NCBI GenBank assembly: GCA_964291265.2
Contig: OZ219747.1
Coordinates: 96,001-160,000, forward strand
DNA from: Alphaproteobacteria bacterium
GTDB lineage: Bacteria; Pseudomonadota; Alphaproteobacteria; SP197
DNA: 64,000 bases
Reading direction: 5' to 3'
Position numbers and translations under genes: made by a program. Shown here piece by piece: positions 37,734-50,649 of this stretch (its first letter is position 1; each line of letters begins with the position of its first letter). The notes beneath the pieces were generated by a model. It did no database searches. It saw only the letters and a list, made by a program, of their open reading frames with translations, and had not been told where the DNA came from.

Positions 37734-39678
37734 ACCGAAGTTCCGGACATTCTCCAGCTGATAGCCCCGTCAACACATTGATATTGCATAGTTTATCGGA
37801 CCTCACAAGATACACATGTACGGATGCATTTTGTGCGTGACAGGTGGAAGTTCCATGCTATGTACGGTAGCCATGTACATCGAAGCCGTCCCCAACCGCT
37901 CCTCGCCGCCCGCCATCCTGCTCCGCGAGTCCTATCGCGAAGACGGAAAGGTCAAGAAGCGCACCATCGCCAACCTCTCCAAGTGGTCCCCCACTCTCGT
38001 CGAGGGATTGCGCATCCTCCTCAAGGGAGGAACAGCAGTCCGACATCTCGACGATGCCTTCGACATCGTCCGCTCCCTTCCCCACGGGCATGTCGCCGCG
38101 GTGCTGGGAACCCTGAAGAAGCTGGGACTGGACAGGTTGATCGACCCGAAGCCCTCGCCTGAGCGCGATCAGGTCCTGGCCATGATCGTGGCACGCATCC
38201 TCGAGCCCGCCTCGAAGCTGGCCATGGCCAGGGGGCTGGCCGAGGCCACGGCGGTCTCCACCCTGGGCGAGGTCCTCGATGCGGAGATGGACGAGGACGC
38301 CCTCTACGGCGCCATGGACTGGCTCCTGGAGCGTCAGGAGAGGATCGAGCGGTCCCTGGCGAAGCGGCGCCTCGAAGAGGGCTGCCTGGTACTCTATGAC
38401 CTGACCTCGGTATGGATGGAGGGGAGAGCGTGTCCCCTGGCAAGGAGGGGTCATTCCCGGGATGGCAAGAAGGGCAAGCTGCAGATCGAGTTCGGCCTTC
38501 TGTGCGATCGGGACGGCTGTCCAGTGTCGGTGGAAGTGTTCCCCGGCAACACGGCGGACCCCGGGACGGTGGCATCACAGATCACCACGCTGCAGGAGCG
38601 CTTCTCCCTGGCGAAGGTGGTGCTGGTGGGAGACCGGGGGATGCTGACCGAGGCGCGCATACGCGAGGAGGTGAAGCCTGCGGGCCTGGACTGGATCAGC
38701 GCCTTGAGGGGACCGGCCATCCGTTCACTGGTGGAGGCGGGTGACGTCGAGATGTCGCTCTTCGACGAGAGGGACCTGGTGGAGATCACCAGCGATGCGT
38801 ATCCCGGCGAACGCCTCATGGTCTGCCGCAACCCCCTGCTGGCCGAGGACCGGGCCCGCAAGCGCCAGGAACTGCTCGAGGCCACCGAGGCCCTACTTGA
38901 ACCGATCGCAGCAGCGACACGGCGCGACAAGCGCCGTCTCAAGGGTGCCGACAAGATCGGGGAGAGGGTCAGCAAGATCATCGGCAAGTACAAGATGACG
39001 AAGCACGTCACGTGGTCCATCGACGACGACGGTGTCTTCATCTATGGGCGCGATGAGGCTGCCATCGCCGCCGAGGCCAGGCTCGACGGCCTCTACGTGA
39101 TCCGCACCAGCCTGCCGCAGAGCGAGCTCGACGGTCCCGGCACGGTGTGCGCCTGGAAGCGGTTGAGTTCGGTGGAACGGGCCTTCCGCAGCCTCAAACC
39201 CGTGGACCTGAAGGTCCGTCCCGTCTGTCACCGCACCGAACCCCGGGTCCGCGCCCACGTCTTCCTGTGCATGCTCGCCTACTACATTGAATGGCACATG
39301 CGCCAGAGACTGAAGCCCATGCTGTTCGACGACGAGGATGCCAAAGGCGCCGAGGCCCGGCGGTCTTCCGTCGTGGCGCCGGCAGAGGTCTCGGCGAGCG
39401 CCCGGGCCAGGGCGGCAACGAAGAGGACACCCGGGGATGATCCGGTGCACAGCTTCCGCACCCTCCTCGATGATCTCGCGACCATCACCCGCAACACCGT
39501 GGCGCCCCACCTTGCGGGCGCCCAACCCTTCCAGGTCACCACGCGGCCCACGCCGCTCCAGAGAAGAGCGCTCAAGCTCCTGGGCGTGAAGCCGTAATGT
39601 ACCCAGTCAGACCCTTCTGAGATCCATCGAATATCATTCATATCAGGCACTTGCACTTGATCGACGCTGGAACTTCGG
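37734..39678 (+). mobile_element. IS1634-family element flanked by CTAG
   Basis: IRs ACCGAAGTTCC / GGAACTTCGG; CTAG at 37730-37733 and 39679-39682. Confidence 0.85.
37873..39597 (+). CDS. IS1634-family DDE transposase
   Basis: MYIEAVPNR..LLRESYREDGKVK start, LYDLTS, GHSRD, VGDRGM, VERAFRSLK, RVRAHVFLC. Confidence 0.92.
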   Translation: MYIEAVPNRSSPPAILLRESYREDGKVKKRTIANLSKWSPTLVEGLRILLKGGTAVRHLDDAFDIVRSLPHGHVAAVLGTLKKLGLDRLIDPKPSPERDQVLAMIVARILEPASKLAMARGLAEATAVSTLGEVLDAEMDEDALYGAMDWLLERQERIERSLAKRRLEEGCLVLYDLTSVWMEGRACPLARRGHSRDGKKGKLQIEFGLLCDRDGCPVSVEVFPGNTADPGTVASQITTLQERFSLAKVVLVGDRGMLTEARIREEVKPAGLDWISALRGPAIRSLVEAGDVEMSLFDERDLVEITSDAYPGERLMVCRNPLLAEDRARKRQELLEATEALLEPIAAATRRDKRRLKGADKIGERVSKIIGKYKMTKHVTWSIDDDGVFIYGRDEAAIAAEARLDGLYVIRTSLPQSELDGPGTVCAWKRLSSVERAFRSLKPVDLKVRPVCHRTEPRVRAHVFLCMLAYYIEWHMRQRLKPMLFDDEDAKGAEARRSSVVAPAEVSASARARAATKRTPGDDPVHSFRTLLDDLATITRNTVAPHLAGAQPFQVTTRPTPLQRRALKLLGVKP

Positions 39679-39682
39679 CTAG

Positions 39683-40070
39683 ACCGAAGTTCCGGACGAT
39701 TTTAGCAATACAACCACACCAACTAGTTGATCTTACTGATAAAAACGTACAGAGACAACATGCAAGAGTTCCCATGTAACGGTGAAACACCCTGTTGACA
39801 CAGGCAGCTGTTGCCCCCATGTACGTTGCCATGTACGTGGACATCGTCCCCAACCGCATGAGCCGCCCGCCACCAGTCTCTCCTCCTGGCCCATGGAGAA
39901 CGTCGAAACCCTGCGGCCCTTCCAGGTCACCACGCGGCCCACGACGCTCCATAAAAAAGCCCTGAACCACCTCGGCGTGCGCCTCTAGCGTTCCCAGTAG
40001 CGACACACGCGATTCTCTCAATCGTCAATACATTCATAACGATACGTCTGAACGGTGCTGGAACTTCGGG
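39683..40070 (+). mobile_element. Internally deleted IS1634-like MITE
   Basis: Same IRs and CTAG flanks; retains only the transposase start (MYVDIVPNR) and end (PFQVTTRPT..LGVRL), diverged from the adjacent copy. Confidence 0.85.
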
Positions 40071-40074
40071 CTAG

Positions 40075-40234
40075 ATCGCGTGGCCACTTGCGCGTCAGCG
40101 CTCACCAAGCGACATCAAGCAGAAAGCTCTTGCCGAGACCATTTGCCGCCGGTGATGAGAATCAACCGGGACCGAAGCTCCAGCACCATCTGCGGCTCCG
40201 GACCGACATCCTCCAACTCAAGACGTTCGAGCAT
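40075..40234 (-). pseudogene. N-terminal fragment of an AAA/ABC-type ATPase gene, cut by the IS1634 stack
   Basis: MLERLELEDVGPEPQMVLELRSRLILITG / NGLGKSFLLDVAW*ALTRKWPRDL: Walker A with a frameshift and a stop, running into the CTAG. Confidence 0.65.
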
Positions 40235-40803
40235 TCGGTACCGTGGTGTTTCAGTGCAATAGTGCAGAGACCGTCTTAGAGCCGGCCCCGGCGGGGGAGA
40301 ATCGATTCGCCGTGTCGTGGATCGCCATCCATGTCCACGCACCGACGTACACTGCCGATACGAACACTGTACTCCTCAGCCGAGCGTCATCAATACGTCC
40401 TCTTGAAGGACTGCACTCTCTCAGGCCGTTATCCGTTCCCATCGTTCCTTGAAGCCGTAGGAGCCCCGTACCTGCATGATTGCTTGATGACAGCAACCGA
40501 CATTCATCGTTGTCGTCATGTCTTCGGTTCCGGGCACCAGAACTGCCCAGTCCTCGCGACCCCTGGCCGTCACCCCGACAACGCCGGTGCGGAAAGACGA
40601 AGCAGGCGAATTCGTGAATGATCGGCTGGCGCCAAGGGACGAGAATGTCGATGGCATTCCGAATGGGCCAACAGGGCTGAGGAACTTGCCGATGCCTTCG
40701 GCGCGGTGATGGCAGCGAGGCCAGCGGTTGCGAGACGGCGTCAGGTGCATGGGAGGACTTTCCTGGATGACCCTTGTCCGGGCCGAACCTGGAAGATCCC
40801 CAT

Positions 40804-42195
40804 TCAGGCGTGGATGGCGCGGCCGTCGACGGCGAGCGCCGCCTCGCGCACGGCCTCGGAGAAGGTCGGATGGGCATGGCAGGTGCGGGCGAGGTCTTCC
40901 GACGAGGCGCCGAACTCCATGGCGACCGCGCCCTCGGCGATCAGTTCGCCGGCGGCAGAGCCGAGAATGTGCACCCCGAGCACCCGGTCGGTCGACCTGT
41001 CGGCAAGGACCTTCACCATTCCCGCCGTCTCGTCGTAGGTGCGTGCCCTGGAATTGGCGATCATGGGAAAGCGTCCGGCAAAATAGTCCACGCCGGCGGC
41101 CTGCAGTTCCTCTTCGGTCCTGCCGATCGACGCCGCCTCGGGACTGGTGTAGACGACGCTCGGAATGACATCGTGATTGACGTGCCCCGCACCCCCGGCC
41201 AGGGTCTCGGCAACGGCCATTCCCTCGTCCTCGGCCTTGTGAGCGAGCATGGCCCCGGCAACGCAATCGCCGATGGCATGGATTCCCGGCTGGCTGGTGG
41301 CAAACCGGCCATCCACCTTGATGCGCCCCTTGTCGTCGGTGGCGACACCGGCCTCGGCCAGGCCAAGACCCTCGGTGAAGGGCTTGCGGCCGACGCTGAC
41401 CAGGACGATCTCCGTCGTCAGGGTCTCGGACGGCCCGCCCCCCGCCGGTTCCAGGGTGACATCGACGCTGTCCTCGCCCGGCGTCACGGCGGTGACCTGA
41501 CTGGCAAGGCGGAATACCAGGCCTTGGCGCCGCAGCAACTTCTGGAACTGCCCGGCGATCTCGCCATCCATGCCGGGGGCGATGCGGTCGAGGTACTCGA
41601 CTACCGTGACCTTGGCGCCGAGTCGCCGCCACACCGACCCCATTTCAAGACCAATGTAACCGGCGCCGATGACGATCATGCTTCGGGGCACCTCGGTGAG
41701 CGAAAGCGCTCCCGTCGACGACACGACCCGCTTCTCGTCGATCCCGATGCCGGGAAGCGTCGCATGGTCCGAGCCCGTGGCGATGACGATGTGGTTGGTG
41801 GTGACGATCTTGCCGTCGATGTCGACTGTGCGGGGATCGACGATGCGGCCCGTCCCCGAAAGGTGCGTGATGCCATTCTTCCCGAACAGTGCGGCAATCC
41901 CCTTGGTGAGGGTCGTCACCACCTTGTCCTTGCGCGCCATCATGGCGCCGAGATCGAGGCGGACATCACCCGGCAGGATGCCGTGGTTCTTGAGGCGGGC
42001 TGTCTGTTCGAAGAGCTCGGATGACTGCAGAAGCGTCTTGGAGGGAATGCAGCCAATGTTGAGGCACGTGCCGCCGAGACTCGCGCGTTTGTCGACGCAG
42101 GCAGTCCTGAGCCCGAGCTGGGCGCAGCGGATGGCGCAGACGTAGCCTCCCGGGCCGGCGCCAATCACCACGACATCGAATTCCCGGTCGGCCAT
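40804..42195 (-). CDS. lpdA: Dihydrolipoamide dehydrogenase
   Basis: GAGPGG, GGTCLNIGCIPSK, GAGYIG, LAHKA, HAHPTFSE. Confidence 0.97.
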   Translation of the reverse strand: MADREFDVVVIGAGPGGYVCAIRCAQLGLRTACVDKRASLGGTCLNIGCIPSKTLLQSSELFEQTARLKNHGILPGDVRLDLGAMMARKDKVVTTLTKGIAALFGKNGITHLSGTGRIVDPRTVDIDGKIVTTNHIVIATGSDHATLPGIGIDEKRVVSSTGALSLTEVPRSMIVIGAGYIGLEMGSVWRRLGAKVTVVEYLDRIAPGMDGEIAGQFQKLLRRQGLVFRLASQVTAVTPGEDSVDVTLEPAGGGPSETLTTEIVLVSVGRKPFTEGLGLAEAGVATDDKGRIKVDGRFATSQPGIHAIGDCVAGAMLAHKAEDEGMAVAETLAGGAGHVNHDVIPSVVYTSPEAASIGRTEEELQAAGVDYFAGRFPMIANSRARTYDETAGMVKVLADRSTDRVLGVHILGSAAGELIAEGAVAMEFGASSEDLARTCHAHPTFSEAVREAALAVDGRAIHA

Positions 42196-42217
42196 GATCG
42201 CTCTCCTGTCAGTCCGT

Positions 42218-43414
42218 TCAGATCTTCAGCAACAGGCGCTGCGGGTCCTCGATGGCCTCCTTGATGCGCACCAGGAAGCTCACCGCTTCGCGTCCGTCAA
42301 TGATGCGGTGATCATAGGAGAGTGCAAGGTACATCATGGGTCTCACCGCCACCTCCCCTGCCACGACGACGGGCCGCTCCTGGATCTTGTGCATGCCGAG
42401 AATGGCCGACTGCGGAGGATTGAGAATCGGGGTCGACAGGAGGGAACCGAAGATGCCGCCGTTCGAGATGGTGAACGTGCCGCCGGTGAGATCATCGGGA
42501 ACCAGATTCCCGTCGCGCGCCTTCGCGGCGAATGTGGCGATGGCCTTCTCGACATCGGCAAGAGACATGCGGTCGGCATCGCGCAACACCGGCACGACAA
42601 GACCCTGGGGCGCACTCACCGCCACGCCGACATGGTAGTAGTGCTTGTAGACGATTTCGTCCCCGGCGATCTCGCCGTTGATGGCGGGGACCTCCATGAG
42701 AGCCTGAATCGCCGCGTGCACGAAGAAGGACATGAAGCCGAGGCGGACGCCGTGTTTTCTTTCGAAGAGATCCCGGTAGGTCCGCCGGGCTTCCATGACG
42801 GCCGTCATGTCCGCCTCGTTGAAGGTCGTCAGCATCGCCGCCGTGTTCTGGGCAGCCTTCAGCCTCTCCGCGATCCTCTTTCTGAGGCGGTTCATGCGCA
42901 CCCGTTGCTCGCGTCCCTCCGGGTCGGGGGGTGACGGCGGTACCGCCGCCATCTGCAGGGGCACGGCCGGCATGGTCCGCGGCGGGGGCTCAGCAGCGGT
43001 CACCGGCGGGACCTCGGCAGCGCGCCTGGCGTACTCCAGAACGTCGGTCTTGGTCAGCCGTCCGTCCTTGCCGGTTCCCGCGATGTCCGCGGCATCAAGG
43101 CCGTGTTCGGAAAGCGCACGGCGCACGGCCGGCGACAGGTTCCCTCCCGCCGTCTTCTCCCCACGAATGTTGCCGGCACCTTCGGTTATGCGCCCCACCA
43201 CGGCGCCGACGGCAACATCGGCGCCCTCCTCGTGGAGAACATCGCTGATGATGCCGGAGACAGGCGCACAGACCTCCATGGTGGCCTTGTCGGTCTCGAG
43301 TTCGAGCAAGGGCTCGTCCTTGTTGACCGTCTCGCCCTTTTGTCTGAGCCAGGAGGCGACGGTCGCCTCGGCGACCGATTCCCCCAGTTGCGGGACCGTG
43401 ATGTCAACTGGCAT
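42218..43414 (-). CDS. sucB: 2-oxoglutarate dehydrogenase E2 succinyltransferase
   Basis: Lipoyl [26 protein letters not shown]. Confidence 0.97.
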   Translation of the reverse strand: MPVDITVPQLGESVAEATVASWLRQKGETVNKDEPLLELETDKATMEVCAPVSGIISDVLHEEGADVAVGAVVGRITEGAGNIRGEKTAGGNLSPAVRRALSEHGLDAADIAGTGKDGRLTKTDVLEYARRAAEVPPVTAAEPPPRTMPAVPLQMAAVPPSPPDPEGREQRVRMNRLRKRIAERLKAAQNTAAMLTTFNEADMTAVMEARRTYRDLFERKHGVRLGFMSFFVHAAIQALMEVPAINGEIAGDEIVYKHYYHVGVAVSAPQGLVVPVLRDADRMSLADVEKAIATFAAKARDGNLVPDDLTGGTFTISNGGIFGSLLSTPILNPPQSAILGMHKIQERPVVVAGEVAVRPMMYLALSYDHRIIDGREAVSFLVRIKEAIEDPQRLLLKI

Positions 43415-43453
43415 GATCTGGTCTTCCTCAAGTTCAAGGACGGCGTGCGGCGG

Positions 43454-46369
43454 TCAACCCGTGAGGGCCTTGCGCACCAGCGCCTCCTGCTCGCGTTCAT
43501 GGACCCTGAGATAACCCGTTGCCGGCGATGCCGCGTCAGGCCGGCCGGCGTAGCGAAGCCCGGACATTCTCAGCCGTCCTGCCTCGATCGCCTGATCGAC
43601 CTTGTCACGCACAAAGGTCCAGGCGCCCATGTTGCGCGGCTCCTCCTGACACCAGATCACCTCGGCGTTGGGATAGATGTCGACGACGTCCTGAACCAGG
43701 TCGATCGGAAATGGCGACAGCTGCTCGACCCGCGCCAGCGTGGTGTCGGCAAGACCGAGTTCTTCCCGTTTCTCGAGAAGGTCGTAGTAGACCTTGCCCG
43801 TGCACAGGACGAGGCGATCGATGTCCTGGCCCCGTTTGACGTCATCGAGATCCCAGAGCATGCGGTGGAACTGCGTGTCGCCGGAAAACTCCTCGAAGTC
43901 CGACACGCAACGCCGGTGGCGCAACAGGGACTTCGGCGTGAAGACGACGAGCGGCTTCCTGAACTTGCGCTTCATCTGCCTGCGCAGCACGTGGAAGTAG
44001 GAGGCCGGCGTCGAGCAATTGGCGATCTGCAGATTGTCTTCGGCGGCCAGCTGGAGATAGCGTTCGGGCCGGGCGGAACTGTGTTCAGGGCCCTGGCCCT
44101 CGTAACCGTGGGGCAACAGCATGACGAGTCCCGACATGCGGAACCACTTGCTTTCTCCGGCCGAGAGAAACTGGTCGATGATCACCTGGGCGCCGTTCGA
44201 GAAGTCGCCGAACTGGGCCTCCCACAGAACCAGGGTGTTGGGGTCGGCAAGGCTGTAACCGTACTCGAAACCGAGGATCGCCGCTTCCGACAACATGCTG
44301 TCGATCACCTCGAACGTGCCTTGATCCTCGCTGATGTGATTGAGAGGAATGAAGCGCTCCTCGGTTCCCTGGTCCACCAGGACGGAATGGCGCTGGCTGA
44401 AGGTGCCGCGGCCGCAATCCTGGCCGGACAAGCGCACGTTGGCCCGTTCGTAGCACAGGGTGCCGAACGCCAGTGCTTCGGCTGTGGCCCAGTCAATGTT
44501 CCGGCCCGATTCGATCACGTCCCGGCGCTGGTCCATGATGCGCCGGAGTTTCCGGTGTACATCGTGAGTCTCGGGGAACGTGCAGATGGCCCGTCCGATG
44601 TCGCGCAGGTCATCCTCAGCCACGGCTGTCGTGCCGCGCCGTGCACCATCCCTGTCGGCAATCTCGATTCCCGACCACACTCCTTCGAGCCAGTCGACCT
44701 TGTTGGAGCGGAATCCCGCTGCAGCCTCGAGGGCTTCGTCCAGGACTTGGTAGTAGTTGCGGCTGATCTCCCCCGACTCGGTCGGCGCGATGGCCCCTTC
44801 GGACACGAGTCTCTCGGAGTAGAGTTCGCGCGTGGTGGCCTGCCTGGCGATCTGTCCGTACATCAACGGTTGCGTGAACGCCGGCTCGTCCCCCTCGTTG
44901 TGGCCATGCCGGCGGTAGCAGAAGATGTCGACGACGACGTCGCGTCCGAATTCCTGACGGTACTTGACCGCGAGCTTGGCAACGTGGACGACCGCCTCGG
45001 GGTCGTCGCCGTTCACGTGGAAGATCGGCGCCATCACCATCTTGGCCACGTCGCTGGGATAGGGTGACGACCGCGAATACTTCGGGCTCGTCGTGAAGCC
45101 GATCTGGTTGTTGACGATGAGATGGATGGTGCCGCCCGTCCTGTGACCGCGCAGTTCCGACATGCCCAGCGTTTCGGCGACCAGGCCCTGGCCGGCGAAG
45201 GCCGCGTCACCGTGCAGGAGCAGACCCATGACCTTCTTGCGATCCTTGTCATCGGCGAGAGCCTGCTTGGCCCGCACCCGCCCCTGCACCACGGGACAGA
45301 CCGCCTCCAGGTGGGAGGGGTTGGCTGTCAACGAGAGGTGAATGGTGCGGCCGTCGGCGACCTGCCTGTCGGAAGAGGTGCCAAGGTGGTACTTGACATC
45401 ACCCGCGCCCTGCACCGCATCAGGGTGCCCGGCCTCCCCGTGAAATTCCGAAAAGACCTGAGCGTACGGCTTTCCCATGACATTGGTGAGCACGTTGAGG
45501 CGACCGCGGTGAGGCATGCCGAGGACGATCTCCTCGACTCCCAGGTGGGCGGCGCCGCGGATGATGGTTTCCATGGCGGCGATGGTGCTCTCGGCGCCCT
45601 CGAGGGAAAACCTCTTGGCGCCCGGGTACTTGATGTTGAGGAACTTCTCGAAGCTCTCGGCACGGGTGATCTCCGAAAGCACCCTCTTCTTCTCTTCCGC
45701 ATCGAGTTCGGCATCGCTGCGCGACCCCTCGAACTTGCGTTGGATCCAGGACTTTTCCTCCGCACTCTGCACGTGCATGAACTCGACGCCGATGGTGCCG
45801 CAGTAGGTCCGGCGCACCACATCGAGGATCTGTTCGAGGGTCGCCCGCTGCAGGCCGAGAACGCCGTCGACAAAGAACTCTCGTCCATAGTCCTGCTCGA
45901 TGAAACCATAGGTCCGGGGATCGAGTTCGGGATGATTGCGGTCGCTGTCGAGTCCAAGGGGATCGAGATCGGCCGCCAGGTGCCCGCGCACGCGATAGGC
46001 GCGGATCATCATCAGGATGCGGATGCTGTCGCGGGCGAGAGCGAACTCGGCCACCGACTCCCGGCTTCCCGGCGGTGGCGGCGCCCCGTCCGGCAGAGGC
46101 AGCGCAACGGGCGACTCCTGCCCGCCGTTGTGGCGATCGGCCACACCATGGTTGCCGCGGGTGATCGACAGTTCCGAACGCGTGGCCGTCTCGTCCCTCG
46201 CCAGATCATCGAAGATCTCCCGCCAGGCCTCGTCGACCAGGGACCGGTCGGTGGCATATCGTGCGTAGAGTTCCTCGATGTAGTGCGTGTTGTGACCGCA
46301 GAGGTAGGAGACGTCGTTCGTGTGCTCGTCCATGGTGTCGCGCTGCCCGATCGCGGGGGCAGCCTCCAT
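43454..46369 (-). CDS. sucA: 2-oxoglutarate dehydrogenase E1
   Basis: KRFSLEG, GMPHRGRLN, HGDAAFAGQG, GHNEGD, WEAQFGDF, QEEPRNMG; start may be 46333. Confidence 0.97.
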   Translation of the reverse strand: MEAAPAIGQRDTMDEHTNDVSYLCGHNTHYIEELYARYATDRSLVDEAWREIFDDLARDETATRSELSITRGNHGVADRHNGGQESPVALPLPDGAPPPPGSRESVAEFALARDSIRILMMIRAYRVRGHLAADLDPLGLDSDRNHPELDPRTYGFIEQDYGREFFVDGVLGLQRATLEQILDVVRRTYCGTIGVEFMHVQSAEEKSWIQRKFEGSRSDAELDAEEKKRVLSEITRAESFEKFLNIKYPGAKRFSLEGAESTIAAMETIIRGAAHLGVEEIVLGMPHRGRLNVLTNVMGKPYAQVFSEFHGEAGHPDAVQGAGDVKYHLGTSSDRQVADGRTIHLSLTANPSHLEAVCPVVQGRVRAKQALADDKDRKKVMGLLLHGDAAFAGQGLVAETLGMSELRGHRTGGTIHLIVNNQIGFTTSPKYSRSSPYPSDVAKMVMAPIFHVNGDDPEAVVHVAKLAVKYRQEFGRDVVVDIFCYRRHGHNEGDEPAFTQPLMYGQIARQATTRELYSERLVSEGAIAPTESGEISRNYYQVLDEALEAAAGFRSNKVDWLEGVWSGIEIADRDGARRGTTAVAEDDLRDIGRAICTFPETHDVHRKLRRIMDQRRDVIESGRNIDWATAEALAFGTLCYERANVRLSGQDCGRGTFSQRHSVLVDQGTEERFIPLNHISEDQGTFEVIDSMLSEAAILGFEYGYSLADPNTLVLWEAQFGDFSNGAQVIIDQFLSAGESKWFRMSGLVMLLPHGYEGQGPEHSSARPERYLQLAAEDNLQIANCSTPASYFHVLRRQMKRKFRKPLVVFTPKSLLRHRRCVSDFEEFSGDTQFHRMLWDLDDVKRGQDIDRLVLCTGKVYYDLLEKREELGLADTTLARVEQLSPFPIDLVQDVVDIYPNAEVIWCQEEPRNMGAWTFVRDKVDQAIEAGRLRMSGLRYAGRPDAASPATGYLRVHEREQEALVRKALTG

Positions 46370-47248
46370 TCAGTCCTTCATCGCGTCCAGCATGGTCGTT
46401 CCCAGGCTCGCCGGCGAGTCGGCGATGTGGAATCCCGCATGCATCATGGCTTCGACCTTGTCGGCGGCTCGGCCCTTGCCACCCGAGATGATGGCTCCCG
46501 CATGGCCCATGCGGCGTCCGGGCGGAGCCGTCATGCCGGCAATGAACCCAATCACTGGCTTGCGGCGCTTTTCGCGCGCCACGAAGTCGGCAGCCTCTTC
46601 CTCGGCCGATCCACCGATTTCTCCGATCATGATGATGCCCTCGGTCTCGTCGTCACCCAGAAACATCTCGAGACAGTCGATGAAGTTCGTCCCATTGACG
46701 GGATCGCCGCCGATACCGATACAGGTGGTCTGACCCAGGCCCGCCAAGGTAGTCTGGTGGACACCTTCATAGGTGAGCGTGCCCGAACGCGACACGATAC
46801 CGATCCGGCCCCGCCTGTGGATGTGTCCGGGCATGATGCCGATCCTGCATTCCCCGGGCGTGATGACGCCGGGACAATTGGGCCCGACCAGGCGGGAAGA
46901 CGAGCCGTCAAGGACACGGCGAACCCTCACCATGTCGAGCACCGGGATGCCCTCCGTGATGGCAACGATGAGAGGGATGCCGGCATCGGCGGCCTCGAGG
47001 ATGGCATCGGCCGCAAAGGGCGGCGGAACGTAGATCACCGAAGCGTTCGCTCCTGTCGCTTCGACGCAGTCTGCCACGGTGTCGAAGACCGGACGATCTA
47101 GGTGGCGGGAGCCGCCTCTCCCCGGGGTGACACCACCGACAACGGCGGTGCCGTAGGCGATGGACTGTTCCGAATGGAACGTTGCCGTCCTGCCGGTAAA
47201 CCCCTGGACGAGGACTCTGGTCGTGTGATCGACAAGAACGGCCATCAT
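46370..47248 (-). CDS. sucD: Succinyl-CoA synthetase alpha subunit
   Basis: [26 protein letters not shown]. Confidence 0.97.
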   Translation of the reverse strand: MMAVLVDHTTRVLVQGFTGRTATFHSEQSIAYGTAVVGGVTPGRGGSRHLDRPVFDTVADCVEATGANASVIYVPPPFAADAILEAADAGIPLIVAITEGIPVLDMVRVRRVLDGSSSRLVGPNCPGVITPGECRIGIMPGHIHRRGRIGIVSRSGTLTYEGVHQTTLAGLGQTTCIGIGGDPVNGTNFIDCLEMFLGDDETEGIIMIGEIGGSAEEEAADFVAREKRRKPVIGFIAGMTAPPGRRMGHAGAIISGGKGRAADKVEAMMHAGFHIADSPASLGTTMLDAMKD

Positions 47249-48414
47249 CCGCCTCCGCCGATGGCCGCCACGGCCCTCGCTGCAGCGTCACCCAGGTCGT
47301 CGGCCGGAACAATCGCCATTCCCGACTGCTCGAGGATCGCCTTTCCCTGGTCCACGCTGGTCCCTTCGAGGCGGACAATGACAGGCATGTCGAGATCGAG
47401 TTCGCGTGCCGCATCGACCACACCCTGCGCGATCACGTCGCAACGCATGATGCCGCCGAAGATGTTGACGAGAATGGCGCGAACGTTGGCGTCCGAGACA
47501 ATGACCCTGAAGGCGGCCGACACCTGGTCCCTCGTGGCGCCGCCACCGACATCCAGGAAATTGGCTGGCTCGCCACCAGCGAGTTTGCAGATGTCCATGG
47601 TCGCCATGGCAAGGCCGGCGCCGTTCACCATGCAGCCGATGGTGCCATCGAGCTTGACGTAGTTGAGGCCGATGGCATGGGCCTCCCGCTCGGCCGGGTC
47701 CTCCTGGTCGGGATCCCGCATGGCGACGAGATCGGGATGCCGGAAGAGGGCGTTGTCGTCGATGTTGACCTTGCAGTCGAGAACGACGAGGTCGTTCGAG
47801 GTGGTGACAACGAGAGGATTGATCTCCAGGAGACTGGCATCCGATTCCTGGAAGACCTCCACCATCGAGCCCAGAAGGGCGGATGCCTGCCTTGCGGCAT
47901 CGCCATCAAGACCCAGGGCGGCGGCGAGGCGGCGGCCATGAAAGGGCTGCAGGCCGGAGGCGGGATCAATGGCGAGAGTGACAATCCGTTCAGGCGTTCT
48001 GGAGGCGACCTCCTCGATGTCCATGCCGCCGTCAAGCGAGGCGATGATGGCCATGGAGGCCGAAGCGCGATCGACGAGAAGAGCAAGGTAGAATTCGGCA
48101 GCGATCGGGAGGCCTTCCTCGATGTAGACAAGGTTGACCGGTTTGCCTTCGGGGCCCGTCTGGTGGGTCACGAGGCGGCTGCCGATCATCGCCTCTGTGG
48201 CCTCCCTCACCTCGTCCGGACTGCGACACACACGAATTCCGCCGGCCTTTCCGCGACCACCGGCGTGCACCTGGGCCTTGACCACCCACAGCTTCCCGCC
48301 GAGTTCGCGTGCCGCAGCGACCGCCGCGTCGGCGTTCGCGGCCACCTGGCCACGAGGAACGGGAACGCCTCTGGCGGACATCAGGGCCTTGGCCTGGTAC
48401 TCGTGTAGATTCAC
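47245..48414 (-). CDS. sucC: Succinyl-CoA synthetase beta subunit
   Basis: [43 protein letters not shown]. Confidence 0.97.
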   Translation of the reverse strand: MNLHEYQAKALMSARGVPVPRGQVAANADAAVAAARELGGKLWVVKAQVHAGGRGKAGGIRVCRSPDEVREATEAMIGSRLVTHQTGPEGKPVNLVYIEEGLPIAAEFYLALLVDRASASMAIIASLDGGMDIEEVASRTPERIVTLAIDPASGLQPFHGRRLAAALGLDGDAARQASALLGSMVEVFQESDASLLEINPLVVTTSNDLVVLDCKVNIDDNALFRHPDLVAMRDPDQEDPAEREAHAIGLNYVKLDGTIGCMVNGAGLAMATMDICKLAGGEPANFLDVGGGATRDQVSAAFRVIVSDANVRAILVNIFGGIMRCDVIAQGVVDAARELDLDMPVIVRLEGTSVDQGKAILEQSGMAIVPADDLGDAAARAVAAIGGGG

Positions 48415-48495
48415 GTCACGATCCGGTTCATGAACCCTCCGGTCTCACTCTACCCGGCAACCAGCAAATGACAACCGCTGTCATCGACCGAACGC

Positions 48496-49991
<1,496 letters not shown>

Positions 49992-50382
49992 TCACGCCGG
50001 CGCACACCTTGATGAGCCTCCGAACAACCACGTCCGCAGCACCGTGTCATGCCGTCCCGGGCCGGCCCCCTCCTCCCGGAATCGCCCGGGAACCGGCTGG
50101 GTGAACGCCGCGCGGAGTGCCGGCATCATGGCGCCTGCAGCGGTTCCGGCCAGGAGGTGCTCGATCACGTAGTGATCGAGGCCTCATGGACGTGAGCGAA
50201 TGCGGGCGAGACCCGGGACGGTGCGTGGTTGCCGCCGTCATCCTCATCATCGTTCTTGACCGAACGCTTGCCGATGAAATGCGGGATAAGTGCCGACGAG
50301 TGTCAGGAAGCGATTGACACTTCATACGGAGAATCGTGGTATTCCATGTTGGCTTCAACCCATGCAGGCGGAGGATCAGCCG

Positions 50383-50649
50383 ATGACCGTCTATGCGGTC
50401 TTCCTCAATGAACCAAGCAGTGATGCGTGGCAGGCCCTGCGAAAGGAATGGCCGAATGGTCGGCACTTCATCCTGACCGACCACATGGCATTTGTCGCGC
50501 CGGAAGGCTTGACGCTCACTTCTGACATCGCGGAAACGGTAGGGATCAGTGAGACCACCAAACGCCTGGGGATCGTCTTTGAGTGGGTGACACACAACGG
50601 CTTCAACCGCAGCGATCTGTGGGAGTGGTTACTCAAGGTGCGGACATGA
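50383..50649 (+). CDS. Small hypothetical protein
   Basis: GGAGG RBS before ATG 50383; ATGA overlap with the next ORF. Confidence 0.6.
   Translation: MTVYAVFLNEPSSDAWQALRKEWPNGRHFILTDHMAFVAPEGLTLTSDIAETVGISETTKRLGIVFEWVTHNGFNRSDLWEWLLKVRT

Noticed and set aside
37678-40074. Repeated GAAGTTCC/CTAG motifs as a CRISPR array
   Set aside because: They are inverted IS ends at irregular spacing; no spacers or cas genes.
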